DNA of 64,000 nucleotides from Octopus vulgaris (taxonomy: Eukaryota): contig OX597824.1 of NCBI GenBank assembly GCA_951406725.2, positions 69,812,001 to 69,876,000 on the forward strand, in the 5' to 3' direction. The notes under the pieces are model-generated. The model saw only the letters and a list, made by a program, of their open reading frames with translations. It ran no database searches and was not told where the DNA came from. Position numbers and translations under genes: made by a program. The stretch's first letter is position 1, and each line of letters opens with the position of its first letter. This document shows, one piece after another, positions 38,002-53,433 of the stretch.

Positions 38002-38132
38002 CAGGGTGTCCCCCCAAAATGTATACACATAGTGGTTCAGCAAAAGAGAACGATAGAATAAGTACTAGGCTTACAAAGAATAACAAATTTACAATTATTT
38101 AAGGTGTGTATACATTTTTTTGGGACACCCTG
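38002..38132. mobile_element. Tc1-like MITE with 27-bp TIRs carrying a SINE fragment
   Basis: TA-CAGGGTGTCCCCCAAAATGTATACAC...GTGTATACATTTTTTTGGGACACCCTG-TA. Confidence 0.85.
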
Positions 38133-38134
38133 TA

Positions 38135-38170
<36 letters not shown>

Positions 38171-38661
38171 TGTATGTATGTATGTATGTATGTATGTATG
38201 TATGTATGTATGTATGTATGTATGTATGTATGTATGTATGTATGTATGTATGTGGTTATCCCTGTAATGATGCTCTATGTCACATGGTATTCAGGATATA
38301 CTTGTCTTTAAGGAGTTGTCTAATCACCCAATCACAAGCCGGACGGCGGAAGACGTTGCTTGAACAACAAAAGAACCAGTGAAAGATTAGAAGAAAAAGG
38401 AAGGAAACAGAAAAAAACGCATAAAAAGAACAAAAAAAAAAAACAGAAAGAAAGAAGGAGAGAAAGAGAGAAAGAGAGCGGGAAGGAAGAATGAAGAAGA
38501 ACGGCATAAAGAACCATTGAGCAGATGGAGAAGGATAATTCCAAGTCCGCACCTTTATAATGTTTTAAGTGCTCCTTCCAGCTGTGTCCTTGAAATAGTT
38601 TCGTGTTTGTGTGGGCGTTGTTGCTTTAATGTTTTTTTGTATGTTTCTTCGAATAATGTGT

Positions 38662-38705
<44 letters not shown>

Positions 38706-38947
38706 GTGTGTGCGCGCGCGCTCTTCTGTGACTGTATTGATCAAATGCGTATGAATTCACTTGAAGACGTATGGAAGCCATGTGTTTATGAATAATATTA
38801 CACTTGTAAGTGTGAGACTATTTGTGCACATGTGTGCATGTGTGTGTATGTGTGTACGCGCGTGCGTGTGCCTGTGTATATATCTGTGTTGAAAACATAT
38901 GTATATATATATATAAACATACACATACATGTATATAATATACACGA

Positions 38948-38986
<39 letters not shown>

Positions 38987-39053
38987 TTGATGCATAAATG
39001 CATTTACATTAATATGTACATGCATATATATGTATGTGTGTATGTATATACAC

Positions 39054-39110
<57 letters not shown>

Positions 39111-40164
39111 CATGCATATCTTGGTACAGGACAACACCAACGGTGCAAATAACATGAAATACGTAAACAAAGGAATGAAATACATGAACAAGAAAATGGA
39201 AAACAGGACAAGTAAACACAGAGAAAAGACCCTTCATCAGTTGTCGGCTGTCTATCTACTCTTCATTTCGTGCATTCAACGACAATATGAGACTTCAAAG
39301 ACAGTTGCTCCCATAAATTCTAAAATGTGATTTAGGATTTATGGACGGTCAAAGTTGGCAGCAACAAAAAAAAAGAGTGGAGACATACAAGGAAACCAAA
39401 CGAAGACAAACATGGACGGTCGTTAGACCAGAACGGGAAGAAAATCGTGAACACTAGGAAAACCATCTTTTTGAAAAGAGAAAAGATAGAAGAGAGAGAG
39501 AAAAAAACACGTTCGTTCCTTTAAATGTCCGTGCATTTATGATGTGTTTAAATCCTTTGTGCAACCGGAAAATTCAAGCCAGTCCCTGAGAATAAGACAA
39601 AGCATTTTGCTTTAAGCAAATGTGTATCATTTTTAGAGGGTAGCGTTGCCTAAATGTATGCGTTCATAGGTATTTATCTGTAAATACAGCGTGACTTTGC
39701 TCCGGTTCAAATGAAAGCACGTTTGGCATTATGGACACATATTTGTTTACTTCAACAGAGTGTAGCAGAAACGAAAAGAAAAACTTCTGCTATATTCTGG
39801 TCCTTTAGTGTGGCGCTAGTGAGGACAGGCAAGTGATATGGGTGTCTTGATGTAGCAAATGTGTAATCGTTTCTTCGTTTTGCTTTTGTAATTTCCTTTC
39901 TTGTTTCTTTTCTTTTCTATGTAGTAAAGAGCTTGCTTCACAACCACAGGATCTGGTTTCAGTCCCACTGCATGTTATTTTGGACATGCGTCTTCTACTA
40001 TAGCTTTCTGACTGACCAAATCCTTGTTAATGGATTTGGTGGACAAAGACAGAAGCAAATCCGTCGTATGTGTATCTGTGTGTATGCGTATGCATGTGTG
40101 TGTGCGTGTATGTGCGTGAATGTGTGTGTGTGTGTGTGTGCATGTGTGTGTGTGTGTGTGTGTG

Positions 40165-40470
40165 TGGAGGCATATGGCCTAGTGGTTAGAGGGTTTGAGC
40201 AGCGGACTCGCGGTCGAGGGACGCGGGTTTGAATCTCAGACTGGTCGATGTGTCTGTTTATGAGCGAAACATGTAAGCTCCACGCGGATCTGGCAGAAGG
40301 TAATGGCGAACTTCTGCTGACTCTTTCGCCACAACTTTCTCTCACTCTTTCCTCCTGCATTTTGCAGCTCCCTTGCGACGGACCGGCGTCCCGTCCAGGT
40401 GGGGAAACTATACGCTAAGGAAACCGGGAAACCGGCTCTATGAGCCAGGCCTGGCTCGAGATGGAACAAA
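40165..40470 (+). mobile_element. Family C-headed SINE with a different 3' half
   Basis: Family C head followed by the CGTCCCGTCCAG...ACCGGGAAACCGG tail seen in 23056-23316. Confidence 0.75.
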
Positions 40471-40619
40471 AAACATATATATATATAGATACATATATAT
40501 ATCAATATTTAGCAGAGGTAACAGAGTGACTCAAGGATCGAGAGTTTCGTGCGTAAGCACATACCAAATTAGTCAGAAGTCGAAGACATTTCAACACGCT
40601 TCTATACATTCAATTACTC

Positions 40620-40851
40620 TTTTTATTCTTCTTGTTTCAGTCAATTTTTACTGCGGCCTGCTAGAGCATGACCTTGAAGTGTTTTAGTCGAATAAATCAC
40701 CCACAGGATTTGTGAGTTTAGTACTTATTTTATCTTTTTTCTTTTGCCGAACCGCTAAGTTACGGGGACGTAAACACACCAGCAACGGTTGTCAAGCGAT
40801 GTTAGGGGGACAAACACAAACACACAAACATATACACGCACACACATACAT

Positions 40852-40908
<57 letters not shown>

Positions 40909-41065
40909 TACGATGGGCTTCTTTTTAGTTTCCGTCTACCAAATCCACTCACAAGGCTTTAGTTGGCCCAAGACTACAGCAGATGACACTTGCCCAACGT
41001 GTCACACAGTGGAACTGAACCAGGAACCGTGCAGTTAGAAAGCAAACTTTTTACCACACAACCAC
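40620..41065 (-). mobile_element. Family B SINE
   Basis: Reverse-complement match. Confidence 0.8.
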
Positions 41066-41434
41066 GCATATATATGCATGTTTATATATATGTACATATG
41101 ATGTCTGTGTGTGTTTGTATGTGTAACGATCTATCAAATTCACTCACAAAGCCCAGGGTTGTAGCAGATGGCATCGGCCTAAAGTACTGCGCAATCCGAT
41201 TGAACTGGAGATTCTTAGCCACACATCCGTGTCTGCTCCTGTAAGGATATACGTAATTTTATTTTTATTAAAAACAGGAAATATTGCGTCGGTTGGGGAA
41301 ACGGTATTGACACCAGGCTTCGAGGGAATGTGAAATATGACCCCTTATTAGTGAAATTTAGAGGAATTTGATTTAAACAAGTTCATGTTTAAGACAAAAT
41401 TTCGCGAACCTTCTTTATGATATTGCACTGGTTT

Positions 41435-41652
41435 AAGGCGTCGAGTTGGCAGAATCGGTAGCACACTGGCCAAAATGCTTAGCTTCATTTGGTCCGTCTC
41501 CACGTTCTGAGTTCAAATTCCGCCGACGTCGACTTTACTTTTCATCCTTTCGGTGTCGATAAAATGAGCACCAGTTGAGCATTGAGGTCGTCGAAATCGA
41601 CTAGCCCCTTACCCCAACATTTCAGGTCTTGTGCCTTTAATAGAAAGGATAT
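41435..41652 (+). mobile_element. Family A SINE
   Basis: Head plus Meta-like core. Confidence 0.82.
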
Positions 41653-41715
41653 TGCATTGATTCAGCTGCTTTAAAACATCTTCAAAGATAGCCTTATTTC
41701 GTACGAAACTAAATT

Positions 41716-42350
41716 TTATGTTGTGTCTGAGAAGAGTCATTCTCTTTTAGAGCCTTATTATTTAACACGAAAAGGCTGCTAGATGCAACGAAAATTTTAG
41801 AAACGATAAATAAGTATAGGCGTAGGAGTGGTTGTGTGGTAAGTAGTTTGCTTACCAACCACATGGTTCTGGGTTCAGTCCCACTGCGTGGCACCTTGGG
41901 CAAGTGACTCTACTATAGCCTCGGGTCGACCAAAGCCTTGTGAGTAGATTTGGTAGAGGGAAACTAAAAGAAGCCCGTCGTATATATGTATATATATATA
42001 TATGTGTGTATATGTTTGTATGTCTGTGTTTGTCCCCCAACATCACTTGACAACCGATGCTGGTGTGTTTATGTCCCTGTAACTTAGCGGTTCGGCAAAA
42101 GAGACCGATAGAATAAGTACTAGGCTTCTAAAAAATAAGTCCTTGAGACGATTTGCTCGACTAAATGTGGTGCTCCAGCATGGCCGCAGCCAAATGACTG
42201 AAACAAGTAAAAGAGTAAGTAAATGAGTGGGAACTGAACCGGTGATTTTGTTAAATAATAAGGCACTAAAAGAGACTGAGTCTCCCCGGATACCACAAAA
42301 TATGCTTCAACACACGAACTCACATAAAGAATCTTGCAAACCAAATCCAT
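41716..42350 (+). mobile_element. Inverted plus direct Neptune-like pseudo-LTR fragments split by a family B SINE (41818-42218)
   Basis: 41716-41767 is inverted relative to 42250-42300; 41768-41810 and 42222-42350 match 36870-37045. Confidence 0.75.
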
Positions 42351-42777
42351 AAACGAAATAAATTTTATCGAAGAAACACGAAAGTTCTAAATAAAATTTA
42401 TATTTTTTTTTAAGCAAGAGTTTCCTAAAAATAGTTGGAGACGCATGGCTTAGGGGTTAGAATGTTGGAGACTTGATCGTAAGATTGTGATTTCGATTCC
42501 TGGACCGGGGGTCGCGTTCTGTTTTTAATTTATTATCTTTAGCAAAACACTTCATTTCACGTTGCTCCAGTCCATCCAGCTAGCAAAAATGTATAATTCT
42601 GCGACGGACCAGTTTCCGTCTAGTTGGGGAATATATACGCCAGGAAAATGAGTCAACATGGCTCTCGAAGAAACTTCACTTTCTTTCTTTTCATTGACAC
42701 TTGTAATGTTTTTTAAGGAAAATACTGACGTTTACAAGCTGTTTTATTATATATGTATATATATTTCTCTGTATGTA

Positions 42778-42977
42778 AGGCGGTGAGCAGGCAGAATCGT
42801 TAGCACGCCGGGCAAAATGCTTGGCGACAGTTCTTCCGTCTTGAGTTCAAATTCGCCGAGGTCGACTTTGCTTTCATCATTTCAGGGTTGATAAAATAAG
42901 TACCAGTTGAACACTGGGTTGCATCTAACCGCCTCATCCCATCCCCCGAACTTGTGGGCCGTGTGCCGACATTTTGA
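42778..42977 (+). mobile_element. Family A SINE
   Basis: Head plus core. Confidence 0.8.
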
Positions 42978-43316
42978 ATTGACATTTCTATGAATGAATG
43001 GATGGATTTGAGCATATGCATGTTAATGTATGTATTTATGCATCTGTATGTATGCGTATATATATATATTTGAATGTATATATATATATATATATATATA
43101 TACATACATACATACATATATAATGTTTATTCTCCGATTTGAAGCGACAAATGACTGAAAAATGATGAGCTAACCTCAAGCAGAATCGAACTCACAAATC
43201 GACGCTTTCATGGTTCCTTGTGAATCTGATTGGTCAAACGCTCACCCATCAATTTCGGTCAAATTTAGTTAATATATACTACTTAAATAATATTTTCTAT
43301 TCATATAAAAATTAAT

Positions 43317-43391
<75 letters not shown>

Positions 43392-44789
43392 TGGTATGTA
43401 TGAATTTATGTATGTAGTATGCATGCAGTGTGTATGCATATATGTGTGTGTGCCCGTATGTAAGCATGTATGTATCTGTATGTGTTTCATGTGTGTGAGT
43501 GTGTGTGTGTGTGTATGTGTGTATGTGTGCGTGCATGCGTATGTGTGTGTGTATTTATGTTTTTAATTTTAGATTATTTAAGTTCCCACGGTAGAATTTG
43601 TATCGGTCATTATGAAAAAAACAAAGCACTTTTTGTTTGCGCATAAGTGAGTTATCATGTGTGCACATCTACGTGTGTGTGTGTATGCACGTGAGTTAGT
43701 GTGTGTCCGTGTGTGTCTGTGTGTGTGTGTGTATGCTAGTGAGTTAGTGTGTGTCCGTGTGTGTCTGTGTGTGTGTGAGCATCGATATTTATATATACAT
43801 ATATATATGTACATGCATATGTACATACATACACCTAAACTTACATATGTATAAGCACTTATCTAGAAGCATTCGCTCACATTAGTAGCGTATATATATT
43901 TCTTTACTATACATGCTTATATCATCCGCACGTGATCGCCCTTGCGTAAATTCCAGGAAATTTAAATGGAAAAGAACATCTTCATAAACATATGCACATA
44001 GATATACGAGGAGGTACTCAAAAGTAACCGGAAGCGTTTACTGTGAGACAAGCCCGTTGTAGTTCAGGCTTCCGCCGCTAGAAGCAGATTGATGCGCCCC
44101 TCAGACATCAGTCTCCCGACCAGCAGCTTCGCGTGAGATTGTAATGCAACATGGTGCGTCTTTAATTTGCAGTGCCTCTTCTTTGTTTGTCGGTTTTTGC
44201 GATGGCTGAAATGAAGGATCAGCGTGCTTCCGTGAAATCGCTTCCTGCTGAGGAAGACGGTGGCTGAAACAGTTGTCATGCTTCAAACAGCTTATGAGGA
44301 TGCCATGCCGCCATGGACAAAACACAAGTTTACGCTTTAGGAATGATAACTTGTCGCTTGAAGACCAACCTCGTTCAGGGCGATCGTCGACATCCCGAAT
44401 AAATGAAAAGAGGAAAATTCATGAACTGATCACCGAATAATTGCCGAACCATCACCGAACAATTATTCTTTTACTCTCTTTTACTTGTTCCAGTCATTTG
44501 ACTGCGGCCATGCAGCAGCACCGCATTTAGTCGAGCAAATCGACCCCAGGACTTATTCTTTGGAAGACTAGTACTTATTCTATGGGTCTCTTTTGAGTAG
44601 ACTCGTTGAGTGTAGACTCAACACATTCCTAAGACGGAGACAAAATCAATGAAACATTGCTGGGGTTTTCCGTTTCGCGGACATTAATGTCTCGTTTAAT
44701 GTCGTTGGGGGGGGGGGATAAACAACATATGGTGAACTACAGCAAAATTTACAGCTCTTTTATTTGGATAAAGGACTAAAAGATTTCGT

Positions 44790-45500
44790 TATTCTCTTTC
44801 ACTCTCTTTTACTTGTTTCAGTCATTTGACTGCGGCCATGCTAGAGCACCGCATTTAGTCGAGCAAATCGACCCCAGGACTTATTCTTTGGAAGATTAAT
44901 ACTTATTCTATCAGTCTCTTTTGCCGAACTGCTAAGTTACGGGGACGTAAACATACCACCATCGGTTGCCAAGCGATGTTGGTGGGGACAAACACAGACA
45001 CACAAACATATACACACATATGCATATATATATATATATATATATAGCAAGGAAAAATTGTAAAAATGCAGAATGCTACATTGAAAGAAAATTTTAATGC
45101 AAATGGGTGTATGGAAAAAGTCGCACTATGACGAAAACCGGTTTGAATTAATATATATTTATATATTTTATCAATTTTTCAAAAACTTCTTCCATACACC
45201 CATTTGCATTAAAATTTTCTTTCAATTTAGCATTCTGCGTTTTTACAATTTTTCCTTGCTTATCATTTCTCTACGTGCGGTCAACACAACCCTACCATTT
45301 ATTGATCTATATATATATATATATTTACACATATATACGACGGGCTTCTTTCAGGTTCCGTCTACCAAATCCACTCACAAGGATTTGGTCTGCCCGAGGC
45401 TATAGTAAAAGACACTTGCCCAAGCTGCCACGCAGTGGGACTGAACCCAGAACCATGTGGATGGTAAGCAAGCTACTTACCACACAGCCTCTCCTGCGGC
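44790..45500 (-). mobile_element. Family B SINE with a fold-back cassette inserted in its internal (TA)n
   Basis: SINE halves at 44790-45045 and 45310-45500; an extra SINE tail lies at 44467-44595. Confidence 0.85.
45046..45308. mobile_element. Fold-back cassette with 76-bp inverted arms
   Basis: Arms at 45046-45121 and 45185-45260; the spacer contains CGAAAACCGGTTT. Confidence 0.8.
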
Positions 45501-45520
45501 TATTCATAAATTATACCACC

Positions 45521-45697
45521 GCGGCGTTCGAGCGAGCCAGCGGCGTTCGAGCGAGCCAGCGGCGTTCGAGCGAGCCAGCGGCGTTCGAGCGAGCCAGCGG
45601 CGTTCGAGCGAGCCAGCGGCGTTCGAGCGAGCCAGCGGCGTTCGAGCGAGCCAGCGGCGTTCGAGCGAGCCAGCGGCGTTCGAGCGAGCCAGCGGCG
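45521..45697. repeat. GC-rich 19-bp minisatellite, 9 perfect copies plus 6 bp
   Basis: (GCGGCGTTCGAGCGAGCCA)x9 GCGGCG. Confidence 0.97.
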
Positions 45698-46626
45698 ATG
45701 ATCGATCGGGGCGGTAATGATCGAACTTGATATGAATGGTGCGTCACTGGAGCTCCTACAAGCGAATTTTGAGCGAGAAATTCCGAAAGAAAGAATTACA
45801 GCAAAATTTGTACCTCGCTTGCTTACCGAAGATCAAAAGCAGTGCCGACTGAATACGGGTCGTGAACTGAAAGAAGAGCTCGAGATTAATTCGGACTTTT
45901 TTCGAAGGTCATCACTGGTAACCAAAGCTGGAGTTACAGCATTTGCAGATGTGGAAAAGGTGAAGAAAAAAAATAAACAACTGAGGCGTTAAAAGGCATC
46001 ACTTCGCAAGGGTTCCAGCACTGCTTCGAACAGTGAAAAACGCGTTTGTGCCGACGCGTCGCTTCGAATGGAGAATAATTTGAAGGCGATAAGAGTGTAC
46101 ACATATAAAACTAAGTTAATAAAATAATATCGCAAAATTCCCTCTGGATACCCTCTCGTATGTATGTAATGTATGAATGACCACGGGATTGCACCTAGAA
46201 AGTTCCCATCCGAGGCACAAGTCCGCGCAAAGTTGTTGATGGAAGACTTGTACTCGCCCATGTATACCAGCCTCCCCTCTCCACGTCGCCGATGTTATCG
46301 AAGGGAGGCAAAAGCTATATACCTTGGCACAACTTGTGTCTACAGCTGAGTGAACTGGAGCAACGGAAAATAAAGTGTCTTGCTCAAGAACACAACACTC
46401 AGCTCGGTCCGGGAATCGATCTCACAAGCTTATGATTGAAGCCCGACCCTCTGACCACTGAACCATGAGAGGAAGCTTGGTATGCTACTACGTGGTTACA
46501 GATTCAGTCCGACTGAGTGGCACAACGGACAAGTGTCTTCTGCTATAACCCCGTTTCGAATAATGCCGTCTGAGTTAATTTGTGAGACAGAAATTGTGTA
46601 GAAGCCCGTCGTTTATAATATGTGTA

Positions 46627-46832
46627 GAGTAATCCCTCGACTATCGCGGGTGTTACGTTCCAAAACCTCCCACGGGAATAATCAAAATCTAAAAAACTAT
46701 AAAAACCTATCGGCCGCAGAAACCAGCGATATACTGAGGAGTCCTCGATATAAATTTACATATATTAGCCAAAAGGATACGCGATGTACTGAGTACACAA
46801 TAGGTGAACCGCGATATAGCGAGGGATTACTG
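46627..46832. mobile_element. Tigger/pogo-like MITE
   Basis: TA-GAGTAATCCCTCGACTATCGCGG...CCGCGATATAGCGAGGGATTACTG-TA. Confidence 0.85.
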
Positions 46833-47007
46833 TATACACACACACATACATACACATCTGAAATGTAGTTGCGGTTAGAAAGAGCATTCAACCGTAGAAA
46901 CCATGTCAGAACAGAGAATGGAGCCTGGGGCGGTCCCGGCCTTACCAGCTCCTGTCAAACCATTCAACCCATGTCAGCATGGAAAACAAACATTAAGATG
47001 ATGAATG

Positions 47008-47684
<677 letters not shown>

Positions 47685-47731
47685 TTTGATTTTTGATTTT
47701 GATTTTTCCAGTTTCAGCTTATATATATATA

Positions 47732-47782
<51 letters not shown>

Positions 47783-47844
47783 CATACATATACATATATC
47801 ATACGTGTGTATGTACTTGTGTGATGTACTTACTTCTTTGTGTA

Positions 47845-47895
<51 letters not shown>

Positions 47896-48544
47896 CACCC
47901 ATGGGATGGTTTTAGTACCGTGATTTAGTTGCTCAGACTATATTGTGAACAGTTTTGGCAACAATGTCATTACATGTAGAGGTTCGTTGTGAGTGGTAAA
48001 GCCTGTTAAGATTTGTGATATCTTCCACATTGGCATGTTACAGGTGACATGTATATATCGGTATCGTGGACTGGAATCAACCCTGTTTTTTTATTGATCA
48101 GGTATTTAGTAGCTAACTCCTCTTCCTGTTCAGCGCTCTTTATAGATGAGATATATCGCCGCATCTGTGATAAGTCCATTTATCCATCAATGTTCATTAG
48201 ATTAATCATAACCAATGTATTATCTCAGTTTCACATTTTACCTGTTTAAAATTTTACCTGAAGATGGTGATTTGTATGTTATGATGTAATTTTTAAACCC
48301 CATTAGCGTTCTCTTTTTATAACTACACCACAGATGGAACCAACCCCCAAATCGGATCTACCGTTTAAAATGGATTTGGTACTTACACATTTGCAGTATC
48401 CTTCCAAAATTTGATACTTTCATTGTTGTCCGCCTCGCTTTGAAGTCTGTGTTATTTTACCAACCCATTTCTGATGTCCTTCGTGTTGATGTCTCTAGAT
48501 CCTATTGAATCCTATAACAAATATATATATATATATATATGATG

Positions 48545-49050
48545 GATTCTCTTATCGTAAACGGCAAATGAGGGATCAGTAAAACAAAGCGTTAATCATG
48601 CCCTGTTGACACGAATGTGTCTCTTGAGGCCTGCCGGTGCCTTGCAGACCTTTTGGCAGATGGAACAGGTTGAGGACTCTTGTGGATCATTCACTGTGTT
48701 TTCTTGAGTGGACGGCAAGGCCTGCTTTGCTTCGTGATACAAAACCATAATGACAGGTAAGGTTTCTATTTAGAGGAGCAGCGTTTTGCCACGGTGCCTT
48801 TGTGCTTGCACAAAGTGAGTCCCGATGAGGGAGTCGACTTTGCTCAAATCTTTGAACTGAGGAGAAGCAGGACTGGTGCCAGATTCTGCGTTTTGATGCT
48901 TTGTTTTCCCAGGAAGAAAAGGGATTGTTGCATCGCTTTTAGTTTACCTTTGAAGCGCAAGAGCGGCTTTCCTACAGACCTTCCAGTTGGGAATTAATCA
49001 GATCATCTCTCACGTATGAGTGATTTAGATAGTGGTCGATAACGTGTTTT
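48545..49050 (-). pseudogene. RTE-clade LINE 3' remnant with two C2H2-like zinc fingers
   Basis: Minus strand: GRSVGKPLLRFKGKLK; LTCHYGFVSRSKAGLAVHSRKH; STCSICQKVCKAPAGLKRHIRVN. Confidence 0.75.
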
Positions 49051-49230
49051 TGAATTATATATATATATGATTTGAATAACACCTGTGTTTAACTCCATTT
49101 CACTTAACCCTGGAATTTATACCTTTATAACTAAGCTGTAATATCTTTGGCACGTGTGAACTTTTGCTACGCTGGTAACTATTTATTTTTTCCTTGTTAT
49201 TCGTACACAATGAAAAATTATACATAGATT

Positions 49231-49276
<46 letters not shown>

Positions 49277-49322
49277 CACACACACATACACACACACATA
49301 TATATATATATATATAGATAGT

Positions 49323-49391
<69 letters not shown>

Positions 49392-50115
49392 GCACACGCA
49401 CACATGTAAATCATATTTTCCGTTTGTAGTCTTTTTATTTAATCCTCAAAAAATTACACAGATGTGTAGAATGATCCGGTGGTGATGCTGGGCTTTGTAT
49501 TTTTTCATAGCTCCCATGGTTACCGAGATAATCTACTATAATAATACTCTTGTGTTTATGAATGAGAAAGGAAGGGGTGACGTAATACTTGGTAGTGGGA
49601 TGATGAAAATTGTACGCTAAAAAATTAATCAAACAGCGTTTCTATTCTGTGTGAATATATGTGTGTATATGTAAAAGGAGAGTATGTGAATATGTGTGCC
49701 TGTATGTGTGTTTGTGTGTGTATGTATGTGTGTGCGTGTGAGCGCGCAAAGGAAGTGCGATGGTTCATCTTTGTTCGCTTAGTATTTGGGTTCATTTTTT
49801 GATTTGGATAAATCTTGTTTGATTTTTTCCTTTTGTTGGTTAATTATTTTTAGCGTTTTCACAGAAATAAGTCATTCTAAAATTGCTTTTTAACGTAAGC
49901 GTGCCCAAACAAATCGAATGCTTATACAGAGCAGGTTCTACAGCCACATCATCGAAACCGACCGGGTGAAACTGGGCTTAGCTGCTTATATATATATACG
50001 AAGTTCATAGTTCAAACTTTAAGCCCTACTAGAACATCAATGAAAGACAAATCGAATGCCATGGGAAGATAGGATACAAACAGTTCACACACAAATAAAC
50101 AAGTACAATAGACAT

Positions 50116-50267
<152 letters not shown>

Positions 50268-50776
50268 CATATGCATGTATGCACGTATGTATGTATGTGT
50301 ATAGCTTACCCGGATCTTAATTTTTAAAATAAAGTATGTTATTGTTATTGTTATAGGAAGCTGAGTCAATGTTCGTAAACGTTCTGAGCTCTAATCCTGT
50401 CCGGGTCAACTTGCTCTGTTTCCTACGGAGTTGATAGAATCTAATATCAGTCAAATAATGGAGTAGATTTAATTCAACGAAATACCACTACCCAAAATTT
50501 CAGGCTTGTACCTATGTTAATGGCAATTTCTTCTACGTCATCGGTGTTTTAATTTTTGGCATTATATTACGCTATGGTATCCGTAGCGTATTCAATCCAG
50601 TTTTGTACTGTTTTCTATGTTAAGATTACTGTATTTTTAACTAATGTTGTTGTTATTAACGCCGTATATTATATTGTGTAATGTTCCAGTATATATACAA
50701 AAATACAGGAACATACACACACATCTACATTCATGAATACACATATCTTTATATATAAAAGTGAAGTTGTGTGTCT

Positions 50777-52010
<1,234 letters not shown>

Positions 52011-52359
52011 ATATATATATATAATATAAATGGGACAAGAACGCAAAACATCCGGAGAGTTAGGTGATGCAAAAATGGGACAACAAAGCACCCAGATGGA
52101 CGATACAAAGAAAACAAGGACGGGTCATTCGAAGTTTTCTTTCTTCAGTCGACTACCAGATTATCGTCGCAATTTCGGCTGATTATACTCGAGATTGCTA
52201 CATTCTGGCGAGCCCCAAGGAAAAACTAAGCTAAAAGCATTAGATTCTTTGGAAGAAAGCAGCAAATGTATACAAAAACAAGGACGGAAAAAAACGGACA
52301 ATGCTACACAAATACAATAAAAATAATAACAGGACATAACAACAGGTGTCTTTCGACTT

Positions 52360-52428
<69 letters not shown>

Positions 52429-52736
52429 CAAAATGAGCGCTATCAGCTGCGAGCTATTTTGCATACATGAATAAAATGTTTCACATGATTCCAACACGGA
52501 ATTTGGCAATATAGTTTAATAAGATGTCCAAACGGTCCCATGACCTTTAAAATAAAATAAAATAATGAAATAAGTGTAATAAAAGAAGGACAGATCAACA
52601 ATCTACTATTATTTGTTTTAACTGTTTTCCTATAAATTTCAATGAAAACACTTATAGCCACGGTTAGAAACGGAGTACAGACTAGGACGGACAAAACAGC
52701 AAGAACAAGCTTAACAAATACGCTGATGAAGACGAC

Positions 52737-52768
<32 letters not shown>

Positions 52769-53041
52769 CGACGACGATGATGATGATGGTCATCGTCGTC
52801 ATCATCATCGTCATCACAGTCGTCGTCTTTGACATTATTATTATTTACTCTAGTTGGTAACCTCAGAACGGACAGCAGCCTGTTGTCAGAGGTTTCGCAG
52901 TGTCTCTTTCCGCAAAAGCTTTGGTACTTGGATGTTAAATTATCGTGGGAGACACTTAACACTCAAGGACCACCACCATTGTTATTATTATCAATATTGT
53001 TATTATTGTTATTATTATTGTTGTTGTTGTTGTTGTTGTTG

Positions 53042-53109
<68 letters not shown>

Positions 53110-53110
<1 letters not shown>

Positions 53111-53256
53111 TATATTTAACTTTTGCTTTACATTTGTACAAGTTGGCTCCAAGTCTCACCCAGAGACCTCAAGAGACAAGCTGGAAGTTCATGTTGGTGT
53201 TATGCCTAGGGTGCCACATATTTGGTTTTGTACTTAGTGTTGTACTAGTGAATGTT
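53110..53256 (-). mobile_element. Short R4/Dong-like 3' UTR fragment between (TTA)n tracts
   Basis: Minus strand ...GAGGTCTCTGGGTGAGACTTGGAG...ATAGAATAATAAT; flanked by (TTA)n on both sides. Confidence 0.5.
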
Positions 53257-53274
53257 TATTATTATTATTATTAT

Positions 53275-53317
<43 letters not shown>

Positions 53318-53338
53318 TGTTGTTGTTGTTGTAATAGT

Positions 53339-53432
<94 letters not shown>

Positions 53433-53433
53433 T

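Larger units (their letters stand above)
44007..46158 (+). mobile_element. Mariner element (deleted) hosting nested insertions
   Basis: TA-CGAGGAGGTAC...TACCCTCTCG-TA ends; MAEMKDQRASVK, LEDQPRSGR, AKFVPRLLTEDQK, KVITG and FQHCFEQ...SNGE motifs. Confidence 0.88.

Noticed and set aside
39225-39285. Hammerhead at minus-strand CTGATGAAGGGTC (similar arrangement at 52130-52190)
   Set aside because: There is no GAAA after a stem II, and the permuted arrangement lacks pairing.
45521-45697. CRISPR-like repeat array
   Set aside because: The units are contiguous with no spacers, there are no cas genes, and the context is eukaryotic.
48590-48770. Host C2H2 zinc-finger gene exon
   Set aside because: The fingers follow an RTE-specific G.R..G.P.LRFK motif and are degenerate, so they belong to a LINE.
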